A stretch of DNA of 64,000 nucleotides from Candidatus Zixiibacteriota bacterium (GTDB lineage: Bacteria > Zixibacteria > MSB-5A5 > GN15 > JAAZOE01), in contig JBDREQ010000066.1 of assembly GCA_043819555.1 (NCBI GenBank), positions 64,001 to 128,000 of the forward strand, given 5' to 3'. Below, one piece after another: positions 1 to 8,426 of the stretch; within the stretch, counting starts at the first letter, position 1; each line of letters begins with the position of its first letter. The translations under genes were made by a program, and so were the position numbers. A model generated the notes under the pieces. The model saw only the letters and a list, made by a program, of their open reading frames with translations. It was not told the origin of the DNA and did no database searches.

Positions 1-810
1 AGCAATGGCAAAATGGAGATTTATGATATTACCGGAAATCTTGAAGCTTCCAATTCATTCGGTGAAGTATTGGTCGAAAATATTGGCGGGAACGCCATTA
101 TCGAAAACGTCAATGCTGAGATTGAGATTAATAATGTCGGCGGTACTCTCGAAGTCACCAACCGCATGGCCCCAATCAATATCGTTCAGGTCGGTAAAAA
201 CGTGGATGTCGAATCATCCAATTGCCGGATATCCATTGAACTTGCCGAACGCGATGTCGATGTCAGCGGCCGCTTTGGAGAGATTGACGTGGAAGGCGTG
301 GGCGGCTCCGTCAGAATTAATAATACCAGCGCCTCGGTAAATGTTTCCGACGTCGCCGGAAACGTAATTGTATCTAACCAGAATTCCCCAATTTCATTAT
401 ATTTAATTAAGGGCGATATTGATATTGACAATCAGAATTCATCGGTGGATTTGGAAAATATTAGTGGTCGCTCTGTAGTCAGCACCAGTTTTGGCCTTAT
501 TTCCGGAGAAAATATCAAAGGAGATTTTCAGATTACCAACGACAATGGTTCAATAGAATTAATGAGTATTCCGGATATTTCTCAGGATTGCCAAATTTCC
601 ACGCGGCACGGCAATATCGAATTGGAACTGCCCGACAATAATCGCTATAACTTAAACGTCTACACGTCATTGGGAAGAATCGATTCAGATTTGTCGTTAA
701 AAATCTCCACCAATGGCAATATTATGTACGGTGAATTATTTATTAGTAATGAAAAACCGACCCTGACAATCCATGGTGATAATTCTTCAATAAAAATTGC
801 AACCAATTAA
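1..810 (+). CDS. DUF4097-type beta-strand repeat (adhesin-like) protein, 5'-truncated by the window
   Basis: Frame is open from base 1. Repeated units like ISNQNSPISL/IDNQNSSVDL/STSFGLISG are typical of DUF4097 beta-solenoids. Confidence 0.75.
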   Translation, partial: SNGKMEIYDITGNLEASNSFGEVLVENIGGNAIIENVNAEIEINNVGGTLEVTNRMAPINIVQVGKNVDVESSNCRISIELAERDVDVSGRFGEIDVEGVGGSVRINNTSASVNVSDVAGNVIVSNQNSPISLYLIKGDIDIDNQNSSVDLENISGRSVVSTSFGLISGENIKGDFQITNDNGSIELMSIPDISQDCQISTRHGNIELELPDNNRYNLNVYTSLGRIDSDLSLKISTNGNIMYGELFISNEKPTLTIHGDNSSIKIATN

Positions 811-848
811 CTCTCTGTTTGTAAAATTAATCAGAATGAAAAATAAAC

Positions 849-875
849 GAAACTTTAGGACTCGTTTCTACGAAT
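849..875 (+). promoter_or_regulatory. Putative ECF sigma promoter
   Basis: GAAAC-N17-CGAAT resembles ECF (SigW/SigX-type) promoter consensus. Confidence 0.4.
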
Positions 876-934
876 TATAAAGTAGAAGACAATAAAGTGA
901 CGGATAGGTAAATTTTTCAAAGGTGGACGATTGT

Positions 935-962
935 AAGGGCCGGATTTCTCTGGCCCTTTTCT
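935..962 (+). terminator. Rho-independent terminator
   Basis: AAGGGCCGGA-tttc-TCTGGCCCTT hairpin followed by a T-run. Confidence 0.75.
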
Positions 963-1041
963 TCATTAATAATTTTATTTTCCCCGGATCATGATTTTTA
1001 ATTGATTTTTGGTAAGAATGGCGCTGAACGGATAAATATCG

Positions 1042-2358
1042 TTATTTCGATTCGGCGGTAATTCGCTTTTCAACTTCTATTTTCGCGATCTGGTTTCGGA
1101 GCTTATCCTCGATATCGAGAATCGAAGTTTCATCATGATAAACCGTCGTATCAAAGCTGGACATAGCTTTGAGTTCTTCAAGCACCAGTGAAATCGTCTC
1201 TACCGATTTTATAATGACATCCATCGATTTGGCGGCAGTATTTTTGTCATCGGTAATTATTCCCCTGGATACAGCCAGTTCGACCAACTGCGCCCGCCCC
1301 AGAATTGTCGCCGAAGCATTATTGATATAGTGAGACAAAGTCGCGGTTATAGTCTTCAATGAATCGAGAGCGGCCTTTTTCAACTGGTCACGGGCAATCT
1401 GGGCCTGCATTTTCCGATTATCACGCAAAACAGATTCCACCAGAATATATTGCTTATAAATCAATCTATTGGCCTCTTCCAAAAGGTCAATCGGCGAACC
1501 TATCTGGATATCTAAAAACTCAGATTCATTCACCAGCATCTTCATTACCCGTTCCTGCAACTCAGCCAAAACGGTCGGGCCTATCCCTAAAGTTTGCGAC
1601 AGGAATTCAATCTTTTCAATTTCCGATTTCTCAAGGGGCGGTGTCTGGCAAACCTTAAACCTCGAAACCAGATTTCCAAGACAAATAATCTGTCCCAGCC
1701 TGTCTGCTGGAATTGAATTTTCATCATGAATATCATCATGATGCCCGGATATCGCCTCACCGATATACCCCAGTATTTTCCATTGATCCAAAAGAAATTT
1801 GGCCACCCGGGCATGATTGGTACCCCACACCGCCTCTTCAAGCCTAACCTGATTCTCACCGGCTTCAACTTGTTTCCATATGCGTTTGAATTGGTCAGGG
1901 AAATTTGCCTGAAGGACTAAAACTCCAAGATCATGCATTAAACCGGCTACAAAGGCTTCTTCGGCGGGTCGATAATTACAAATGCGGGCTATCTCACGGC
2001 AAGCAATCGCGACTTCCAGTGAATGCCGCCAAAAATGAATCCGATTTACTATTGAATTTTCGGTATCAAATTTATGATAAAGCCCGGTAGATAGCGCCAT
2101 CGCCTTAACCGACCGCATCCCCATCGCCACTACGGACTGGTTTACGGTTGCGATTTCGCGGGTTGGCCCATAAAACGGAGAATTTACGACTCTCAAAAGC
2201 CGGGCCGTTAAGGATGGGTCTTTCATGATTACATTGGCCAATGCGCCCGCTGTAGAATTATCATCATCAGCGACACGGATGATCTCCGCCAAAACCTGCG
2301 GCAATGATGCAAGTTCCCGGTTGCCTTTTAGTAAATCAAATATTTGTTCTTCTGACAT
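1042..2358 (-). CDS. HDOD-domain signalling protein with a C-terminal HisKA(DHp)-like segment
   Basis: HDOD motifs LASLPQV, DPSLTARLLRVVNSPFYG, FWRHS, AFVAGLMHDLG and NHARVA; H-box-like TLSHYINNASATILGRAQL. Confidence 0.85.
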   Translation of the reverse strand: MSEEQIFDLLKGNRELASLPQVLAEIIRVADDDNSTAGALANVIMKDPSLTARLLRVVNSPFYGPTREIATVNQSVVAMGMRSVKAMALSTGLYHKFDTENSIVNRIHFWRHSLEVAIACREIARICNYRPAEEAFVAGLMHDLGVLVLQANFPDQFKRIWKQVEAGENQVRLEEAVWGTNHARVAKFLLDQWKILGYIGEAISGHHDDIHDENSIPADRLGQIICLGNLVSRFKVCQTPPLEKSEIEKIEFLSQTLGIGPTVLAELQERVMKMLVNESEFLDIQIGSPIDLLEEANRLIYKQYILVESVLRDNRKMQAQIARDQLKKAALDSLKTITATLSHYINNASATILGRAQLVELAVSRGIITDDKNTAAKSMDVIIKSVETISLVLEELKAMSSFDTTVYHDETSILDIEDKLRNQIAKIEVEKRITAESK

Positions 2359-2391
2359 ATTCCTTACCCTAACCAGATTATCGACAGTATC

Positions 2392-3606
2392 TTATAAAGA
2401 TTTAGAAGAAATTCGCCGGCACTTGATATTAATTCGTTTTTTTCGATGATTTAATTGTTTTTTTTGTGTAACCGTCATTTCGAGGTTAAGCATCAACTCA
2501 ACTGTGTCTGCCGCTGCGACCGGATCCTTTTTCGTATGCTCTTGATACTTAGCCAATTCCAATAAATGCTTGAAAACTTGAGGATCATCCAGACGAGATT
2601 CTGAATTTTTCCAAATTTCGCTGGCCTCATCCACCAATCCCAGCTTTTTTAACGTTAATGAATATTGCAGCTGCGTCACTAATGAACTTTCATTAATATA
2701 ACCTCTTCGGATATATTTTGTATATTCAAGCAATTGTTCAAACCGCTTATTCCTGAAAAAATGATTTATGACGCCTTCCATCAACGCCACCGAATTTGTC
2801 TTTTCAGGGCGAGCCAAAACTTCCGGAATATATCGTGTCACCAGCGCCAGAGAGATAACATCCAGCCGATTATGGCGGATAATCTCGGGAATCAAATCGG
2901 GTTGGCGGTCATATATGTAATCAAAATACTTGGCCGGGATTAAATATCCGGGAATATCCTCTCCCCGGTCAAACGATAATAAATATTTTTCGAGAGTTAT
3001 CAGCGAACAATCGTCCCCCAGCCGGCGAAAGAGCGACCGCGCCGGATGCAAAACATCGATATGATCACCGATTTCAGGCACATCCATACGATTGATCGTA
3101 TATCGCCCCGATATCATCGGCCAGTCAAATGATTTACCGTTGTATGTTACCAAAATATTATCAGGTGTGAAGAATTCAGCTGATAAATTTAGAAACAACT
3201 CTTCATGAGGGTAATCGGGCAAAAAATACTGAACGACACGGAAACAATCTTTATGAAAATACCCGAATCCGCACAAAAACACCACCATCCCCGCTCCGGA
3301 AAGGCCCGTTGTTTCGGTATCGAAAAACACGAACTTCTTCGGGTCGTATTTCGACTCATCTCCGCCAGTATTGAAATGCCAATTTTGATAAAGGTCAGTG
3401 TGCAGATGCTCATGTATATCTTTTAAATCCGAGTAGGGGAAAATATCGTGGTCATCGACAATTTTGAGCACGACGCTTCCCTCGATTTGGATGATTTCCG
3501 CACCGAGAATCTCCGCTAACTTAGGCAGATTCTCATCGCCGGTAAAATCATCCCCCGGCAAATCATAAAACTTATCGAGAGTCTGTAGCCGCTTCTTCTT
3601 TTTCAT
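2392..3606 (-). CDS. YprB/MrfB-like RNase H-like (DEDD) exonuclease with C-terminal TPR-like helices
   Basis: Motifs FFDTETTGLSG, LVTYNGKSFDWP, HIDVLH, DIPGYLIP and HNRLDV. Start placed at MKKKK (3606). Confidence 0.85.
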   Translation of the reverse strand: MKKKKRLQTLDKFYDLPGDDFTGDENLPKLAEILGAEIIQIEGSVVLKIVDDHDIFPYSDLKDIHEHLHTDLYQNWHFNTGGDESKYDPKKFVFFDTETTGLSGAGMVVFLCGFGYFHKDCFRVVQYFLPDYPHEELFLNLSAEFFTPDNILVTYNGKSFDWPMISGRYTINRMDVPEIGDHIDVLHPARSLFRRLGDDCSLITLEKYLLSFDRGEDIPGYLIPAKYFDYIYDRQPDLIPEIIRHNRLDVISLALVTRYIPEVLARPEKTNSVALMEGVINHFFRNKRFEQLLEYTKYIRRGYINESSLVTQLQYSLTLKKLGLVDEASEIWKNSESRLDDPQVFKHLLELAKYQEHTKKDPVAAADTVELMLNLEMTVTQKKQLNHRKKRINIKCRRISSKSL

Positions 3607-4543
3607 TCTTCTTGTTGTACTTAGATAGCATGTAGCGGTAAAAATAATATGCATCCCAACTGACAGCTACGGAAGACCAAGGATTATCAAAAATAGTCAT
3701 AGGAGGTGTATTATACAAATAAAACACACCAAATGCTTGCAATACTTCATCTGTCTTAATTTCGCTGCTCCATTGATTGATCTTTTCGCTGTAATCATAT
3801 TGACAGGTATCATTATTCATTACACTATATAGATATTTCAAAGCCAAAGATGTCTGTACTTCACTGCCGTATCTTTGTAAAATATCTGCCTTCACTTCAC
3901 AATCCAAATTCAACAACGCCTCATATGCACTGAACCGGACGCCGTAATATTTGTCATCCAATACCGGTACGAGAATCTCAAACAATTCTTCATCTTTTAC
4001 CATTCGTCCGACAGCAACTGCCGCCATGGTCCGCACCAGTTCGTTTTCGTCTTGCAATGCTGATTTTATCGCATCCAACCCCCGTCGGTCGCCGATTTTC
4101 CCCAGCGCCCGGATGGTTTCATACCGCACCCAGTAATACGAATGGTCTTTGACTTTCAGTAAATTCTCCACCGACGAAGAATCTGGAATATAATGTAAAA
4201 TTAGAGCTACTCGCGATAGCTGCAGAGAATCCTCAACTGTCAGAAGCGCATCGTTGAGAAGCGGCACAGCTGGAGTTTCGATTTTCCTGAATATCTGTTC
4301 CAGTGTCGAGCGTTCTCGCGCGTCAATCGTTCCCAGCTTATCAATCAAAAACGGCACGATTTCGATACCATGCCCTGCCATATCAGTAATTGTCGGCTGA
4401 ACCATATCACGATATTTCATCGCCCCCGACGACGCAATAACAAACATCGAATCGACCGTTTGCTGCGTTAGTTCTGCTTTTACGGGAAGAGATAAACCAG
4501 TCATTAAAGCAATTACTATTGCCGTTAAAATAAACTTTCTCAT
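3572..4543 (-). CDS. Secreted HEAT-repeat protein
   Basis: Signal peptide ending VKA; HEAT units VRYETIRALGKIGD, LQDENELVRTMAAVAVG and LDDKYYGVRFSAYEAL. Confidence 0.8.
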   Translation of the reverse strand: MRKFILTAIVIALMTGLSLPVKAELTQQTVDSMFVIASSGAMKYRDMVQPTITDMAGHGIEIVPFLIDKLGTIDARERSTLEQIFRKIETPAVPLLNDALLTVEDSLQLSRVALILHYIPDSSSVENLLKVKDHSYYWVRYETIRALGKIGDRRGLDAIKSALQDENELVRTMAAVAVGRMVKDEELFEILVPVLDDKYYGVRFSAYEALLNLDCEVKADILQRYGSEVQTSLALKYLYSVMNNDTCQYDYSEKINQWSSEIKTDEVLQAFGVFYLYNTPPMTIFDNPWSSVAVSWDAYYFYRYMLSKYNKKNEKEEAATDSR

Positions 4544-4572
4544 TCTGTTATCCTAAGTTATTTATCTGCCTC

Positions 4573-4711
4573 TGTCATTCCCGAGAGTCCCGTGAAACGG
4601 GACGAGTCGGGAATCCATACTGACTTAACAATAAATTGACAAATTCAACCTTTTTTCACACTCTTTATGGATTCCCGCAACGACCCATTTGGGTCTTTCG
4701 CGGGAATGACA
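4573..4711. repeat. REP/REPIN-like paired palindromic element (GTCATTCCCG...GGGAATCCA / TGGATTCCCG...GGGAATGAC)
   Basis: Two inverted arms, each with an internal hairpin. The same family recurs at 6797, 6923, 7121, 43431 and 46343. Confidence 0.8.
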
Positions 4712-4730
4712 TCGAATTATATTTACCCGT

Positions 4731-4828
4731 GTAGGGACAATCCTCGGATTGTCGTAATGTCAAAACCGAATGGGTTTTGACCTACAGTTCTTGTCCGGTG
4801 GGCCGCAGACGTCCCCGTCTGCCCCTAC
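4731..4828. repeat. Cluster of GTAG-type REP-like hairpins
   Basis: GTAGGGACAATCCTCGGATTGTC, GTCAAAACCGAATGGGTTTTGACCTAC and GCAGACGTCCCCGTCTGCCCCTAC; related hairpins at 42468 and 46140. Confidence 0.65.
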
Positions 4829-6732
4829 TTTCCTCCAATCGTATCTGTTGGCAATTCAATCTTCTTCAAATCCAATCCGCCGCCCCACTTGCCGGGGACT
4901 TTCCAGAACCGGCCATTACCGCCGTTAGCTCCATACCGATCATCGCCGTCCATATCGAGAAACAATCCGATTGAACCATAATCCCGGCGAGGATTGCCGT
5001 ACCCCTGAGTATTGTGCGTATCAGTTGTAAAATTTCCGTCGTTGCCGTTCAAATCCGTAAATATTCCGATTCCGTTAGCCTGCCCGGCTCCATGCGCCAA
5101 ACCCTGCGCCGAATAAACATCATTACCGCCCCGGTCGAGAAGCCATCCGCACGAATAATCATGCCCACATCCCTGGCAAACGCCATTGGATCGATATATA
5201 TCATCGCCCCCGCCGTCAAGCAGCAATCCCAATGCCATATGCGCTCCTGCGCCCTGAGCATACTGATACGAAGCGTACAAGTCATTGCCCGATTTATCCC
5301 AGAGCATCCCCAGCGACCACCAGTACCCAGAACCCTGCGCAAAGAAATCGGCGATATACGAATCATTCCCGCCATAATCGCAGATAAATCCGAATCCGCC
5401 CGACATATATGGACGCACACCGATAGCGAATCCCTGCGAAAGCGATTGATAATGATCCCCAGGATGAAAAAATTCTTTGTATTTGGGCTGAACGGTGTAA
5501 GTATCGTTTCCGGCAAAATCGGCAATCCCGCCGACTCCCCGCACAAACCCGAATCCCTGGCTCTGGAAGTGGCAGGTGTACGTATCCGAGCCATCTTCGT
5601 CAATTAAAAGTCCCAGTCCGAACGTCCCGGCACCCTGCACGAAGGTATCGCCGAAATATTTATCGTTCCCTTTTTTATCCCACAAAATCCCGACGCCGAA
5701 ATACCCCGACCCCAGCGAGAAATTTTTGCCCCAATAGATATCGTCGCCCTCATAGTCGATCAGAAGCGAATACGACAGCGCTCCCGACGCCAGCGCGAAA
5801 TCGGTCTCGGCTTTGTAGATATCATTCCCGGAATAATCGACAATCAACGTCGGATGAGGATTTTCGATATCGTACGAGATATTATAAACATCATCCCCCC
5901 CCGGATCGATAATCATGAAGTAATCCCCGGTGTAGGTGTCGTTGGCGGTTGTGCCAATAATTATTTTGAATTTTCCGGATCCAAATTCAAAAAGAGGTTT
6001 GCCTACTTTTCTCTTCAAAATATTTGGATTATTATTTAAAGTATCCATCAAAATACCAATATAGTGTTCGACAAATGATACTCGATCAAACCAATGATCA
6101 GGAATGTCTGCAGATGACTCGGCAAAATATTTTGTCCATTCTTCCTCTATTTGTTGGATCGAATCCAATTGCTCATTTGTCCAAACTCTATAATCGGGAT
6201 CGTCCAGAATAAATTCCTTATACTTTTGCATTATAAATTTATTCTTTTCAGATTCCCAATCTTCCCCCATTGCATCAAATACATATTTTTCCAAAAGATT
6301 TAATTCATCATAGACTGGATTTATGTAATAATTGAGAGGCTCTTTAATTTTTAATCCTACCGGAACAGTAAATTCAATTTCGTTCCGCTTATATATATTT
6401 TCGTTACCAATTCTGTTAAACAGCCATATCAAAACACTATCGGGAACGGAATTAAATTTCAACAATTCCGCCGCACAACTATCCCCAAAATCATCCATCA
6501 GGAGCGGGTGTTTCATCAGGCTGTCAACAATTTTCAAACGATACGGATCCTTGGGCATATAATCATCACGGAATGTAAAATCATCGCGCGTAAACAGCAT
6601 ATACGACATCAACTGGTCCAGCCCCGCATTGAGCAGGCTGTCGGAGTTTACAAACGTCGTGTCATTATTGGAATCCTGAGCGGCCACCGGAATCGCAACC
6701 GCTAATATCAGAAGTAGAGTAAGTTTTTTCAT
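4825..6732 (-). CDS. Secreted Gly/Asp-rich repeat protein (about 12 DxxGxDxY repeats, likely Ca-binding beta-solenoid)
   Basis: Signal peptide; periodic units IDPGGDDVY, VDYSGNDIY, IDYEGDDIY, WDKKGNDKY, IDEDGSDTY ... LDMDGDDRY. Confidence 0.75.
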   Translation of the reverse strand: MKKLTLLLILAVAIPVAAQDSNNDTTFVNSDSLLNAGLDQLMSYMLFTRDDFTFRDDYMPKDPYRLKIVDSLMKHPLLMDDFGDSCAAELLKFNSVPDSVLIWLFNRIGNENIYKRNEIEFTVPVGLKIKEPLNYYINPVYDELNLLEKYVFDAMGEDWESEKNKFIMQKYKEFILDDPDYRVWTNEQLDSIQQIEEEWTKYFAESSADIPDHWFDRVSFVEHYIGILMDTLNNNPNILKRKVGKPLFEFGSGKFKIIIGTTANDTYTGDYFMIIDPGGDDVYNISYDIENPHPTLIVDYSGNDIYKAETDFALASGALSYSLLIDYEGDDIYWGKNFSLGSGYFGVGILWDKKGNDKYFGDTFVQGAGTFGLGLLIDEDGSDTYTCHFQSQGFGFVRGVGGIADFAGNDTYTVQPKYKEFFHPGDHYQSLSQGFAIGVRPYMSGGFGFICDYGGNDSYIADFFAQGSGYWWSLGMLWDKSGNDLYASYQYAQGAGAHMALGLLLDGGGDDIYRSNGVCQGCGHDYSCGWLLDRGGNDVYSAQGLAHGAGQANGIGIFTDLNGNDGNFTTDTHNTQGYGNPRRDYGSIGLFLDMDGDDRYGANGGNGRFWKVPGKWGGGLDLKKIELPTDTIGGK

Positions 6733-6796
6733 CCCTCATTAAAACAAACGACATATATCTGTGTCAATCATAAAGTGCTATATGCGACAGATACTA

Positions 6797-7256
6797 TGTC
6801 ATTCTCGAGAGCCCCGTGCAACGGGACGAATCGGGAATCCACGCGGAGTCTGAAATATCTTATCAACACTGTTTACAGCATTTTTGTCATCCGCGCGACA
6901 GCCAAAAGCAAGCCTTTACCTGTGTCATTCCCAAGAGCGAAGCCCCGAAGAGGGCGAAGCGAGTCGGGAATCCAGACAGCGTATTTGACATATGACAAAT
7001 TCAACATTTCTTCAATCGCTCCATGGATTCCAGCTTGCGTTTCGCTTTCGCGAAACTTGCTGGAATGACTTTGAAAATTAATCAGTTTAGTAGGATTGGA
7101 GTCCACTAGTTTCCCGGCTGTGTCATTCCCGAGAGCGAAGCCCCTAAGGGCGAAGCGAGTCGGAAATCCAGACAGCGTATTTGACATATGACAAATTCAA
7201 CATTTTATTACGGCCAGCATGGATTCCTGCGTGCGCAGGTATGGCACGAGTATGAC
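6797..7256. repeat. Tandem cluster of REP/REPIN-like elements including an ~88 bp direct repeat
   Basis: Left arms at 6797, 6923 and 7121; right arms near 7024 and 7220. 6920-7008 is nearly identical to 7118-7205. Confidence 0.8.
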
Positions 7257-7356
7257 TTTTTTAAGTAACGACAACTCTCGAATTGCGCCGTGTCAAAATT
7301 ATTCCAATTCCGTGCCACACAGCATCTTATGCAGCCCAAATACGCCTTGCTGTTTT

Positions 7357-7461
7357 TGTTCGGGATGTGGACATTATTTCGATTGATTTACCTCTGTGCA
7401 AATTGGTAACTTACAATAAATACTAAACTATCCAATTAAAACATTGTTCGCATTCTGGACA
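7357..7461. promoter_or_regulatory. Two putative sigma54 enhancer (bEBP) sites
   Basis: TGTTCGggatgTGGACA (7357-7373) and TGTTCGcattcTGGACA (7445-7461) upstream of the sigma54 promoter. Confidence 0.55.
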
Positions 7462-7524
7462 GTTTTATATATAATTTTCATATTTCTTTTTTTAACTTTT
7501 TGCGTCACAATACATAACATCATA

Positions 7525-7540
7525 CGGCACAAAAATTGCT
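7525..7540 (+). promoter_or_regulatory. Sigma54 (-24/-12) promoter
   Basis: CGGCAC-AAAAA-TTGCT (GG-N10-GC), 45 nt upstream of the PEP-CTERM gene. Confidence 0.75.
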
Positions 7541-7584
7541 CGAAAGTGGATAGATAAATAGGTCTTAAAATAGGAGACTGAGAG

Positions 7585-8262
7585 ATGAAAAAGAAAATAG
7601 TAATTTTGCTACTGACACTATTCGCCTTGGGTGCCGTAGCTAATGCAGGACTGACGGGACATTATTATAATCTTCCCCTAAGACACCCCGATATGCAGAG
7701 GTGGATTACCGGGCTCGACGCAGGCTATGTTGAAAACGCCCTAACCGGAGCAACTCCTACACTTACAGCTTATGGAAACACTCGCGTTTCTCAATGGGAT
7801 TGGTGGGACGCTTCTTATTATTCAATGACGCGTGTTGATTCAGACGGCGATCTGGCAAGCTCGTTTCAATCAAGCTGGTTCCCTCTCAATGAAGGCGTTG
7901 AGGGAGATCCGTATTATTTCGCGGTCCACTGGGAAGGCCAGTTTTATGTCGCGGCTGATATGACTTATACCTATCACATGTCCAGCGATGACGATTCCTG
8001 GCTGTTTATTGACAATGCGCTTACTCTCGACCTCGGCGGTGTTCACGGCATGACCTCAACGAATTATAACGTTACTCTGACAGCCGGCTGGCACGACATG
8101 GATATTTTCTTCGCCGAACGCCACACTACACAATCCGGATTCCGTCTGAACTTCTTCTCCGATCTCGAACCGACACCATCTATTCCCGAACCGGCTACGA
8201 TGATTCTTTTTGGAATGGGCTTACTGGGTGGCGTCGTTGCCCGACGATTCAAAAAACGCTAA
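7585..8262 (+). CDS. Fibro-slime/PA14-domain protein with PEP-CTERM sorting signal
   Basis: Signal peptide; SDDDSWLFIDN..LDLGGVH and DIFFAERHTTQS; C-terminus IPEPATMILFGMGLLGGVVARRFKKR. Confidence 0.9.
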   Translation: MKKKIVILLLTLFALGAVANAGLTGHYYNLPLRHPDMQRWITGLDAGYVENALTGATPTLTAYGNTRVSQWDWWDASYYSMTRVDSDGDLASSFQSSWFPLNEGVEGDPYYFAVHWEGQFYVAADMTYTYHMSSDDDSWLFIDNALTLDLGGVHGMTSTNYNVTLTAGWHDMDIFFAERHTTQSGFRLNFFSDLEPTPSIPEPATMILFGMGLLGGVVARRFKKR

Positions 8263-8280
8263 AACTTTTATTCTGACAGC

Positions 8281-8313
8281 AAAAAAGGCGGTCTATTATG
8301 GCCGCCTTTTTTT
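8281..8313. terminator. Bidirectional Rho-independent terminator
   Basis: AAAAAAGGCGGTC-tattat-GGCCGCCTTTTTTT. Confidence 0.8.
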
Positions 8314-8367
8314 ATATTCATTCATAATTTCACAGCGCTACTCACCATACAAAAAATGAACCAATGC

Positions 8368-8401
8368 AAAAGCCCTAGTCATATTTTCAACCAGGGCTTT
8401 T
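8368..8401 (-). terminator. Terminator for the E1 gene
   Basis: AAAAGCCCT...AGGGCTTTT inverted repeat. Confidence 0.55.
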
Positions 8402-8426
8402 GAATGTGGAAAATAGTATGCGATTT

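Noticed and set aside
6775..7187. ORFs 6775..7068 (+) and 6873..7187 (-)
   Set aside because: They are translations of REP repeats, with no RBS or protein motifs.
6920..7205. Direct repeats with spacers as a CRISPR array
   Set aside because: Only two ~88 bp copies, built from REP-like palindromes found elsewhere in the window; no cas genes.
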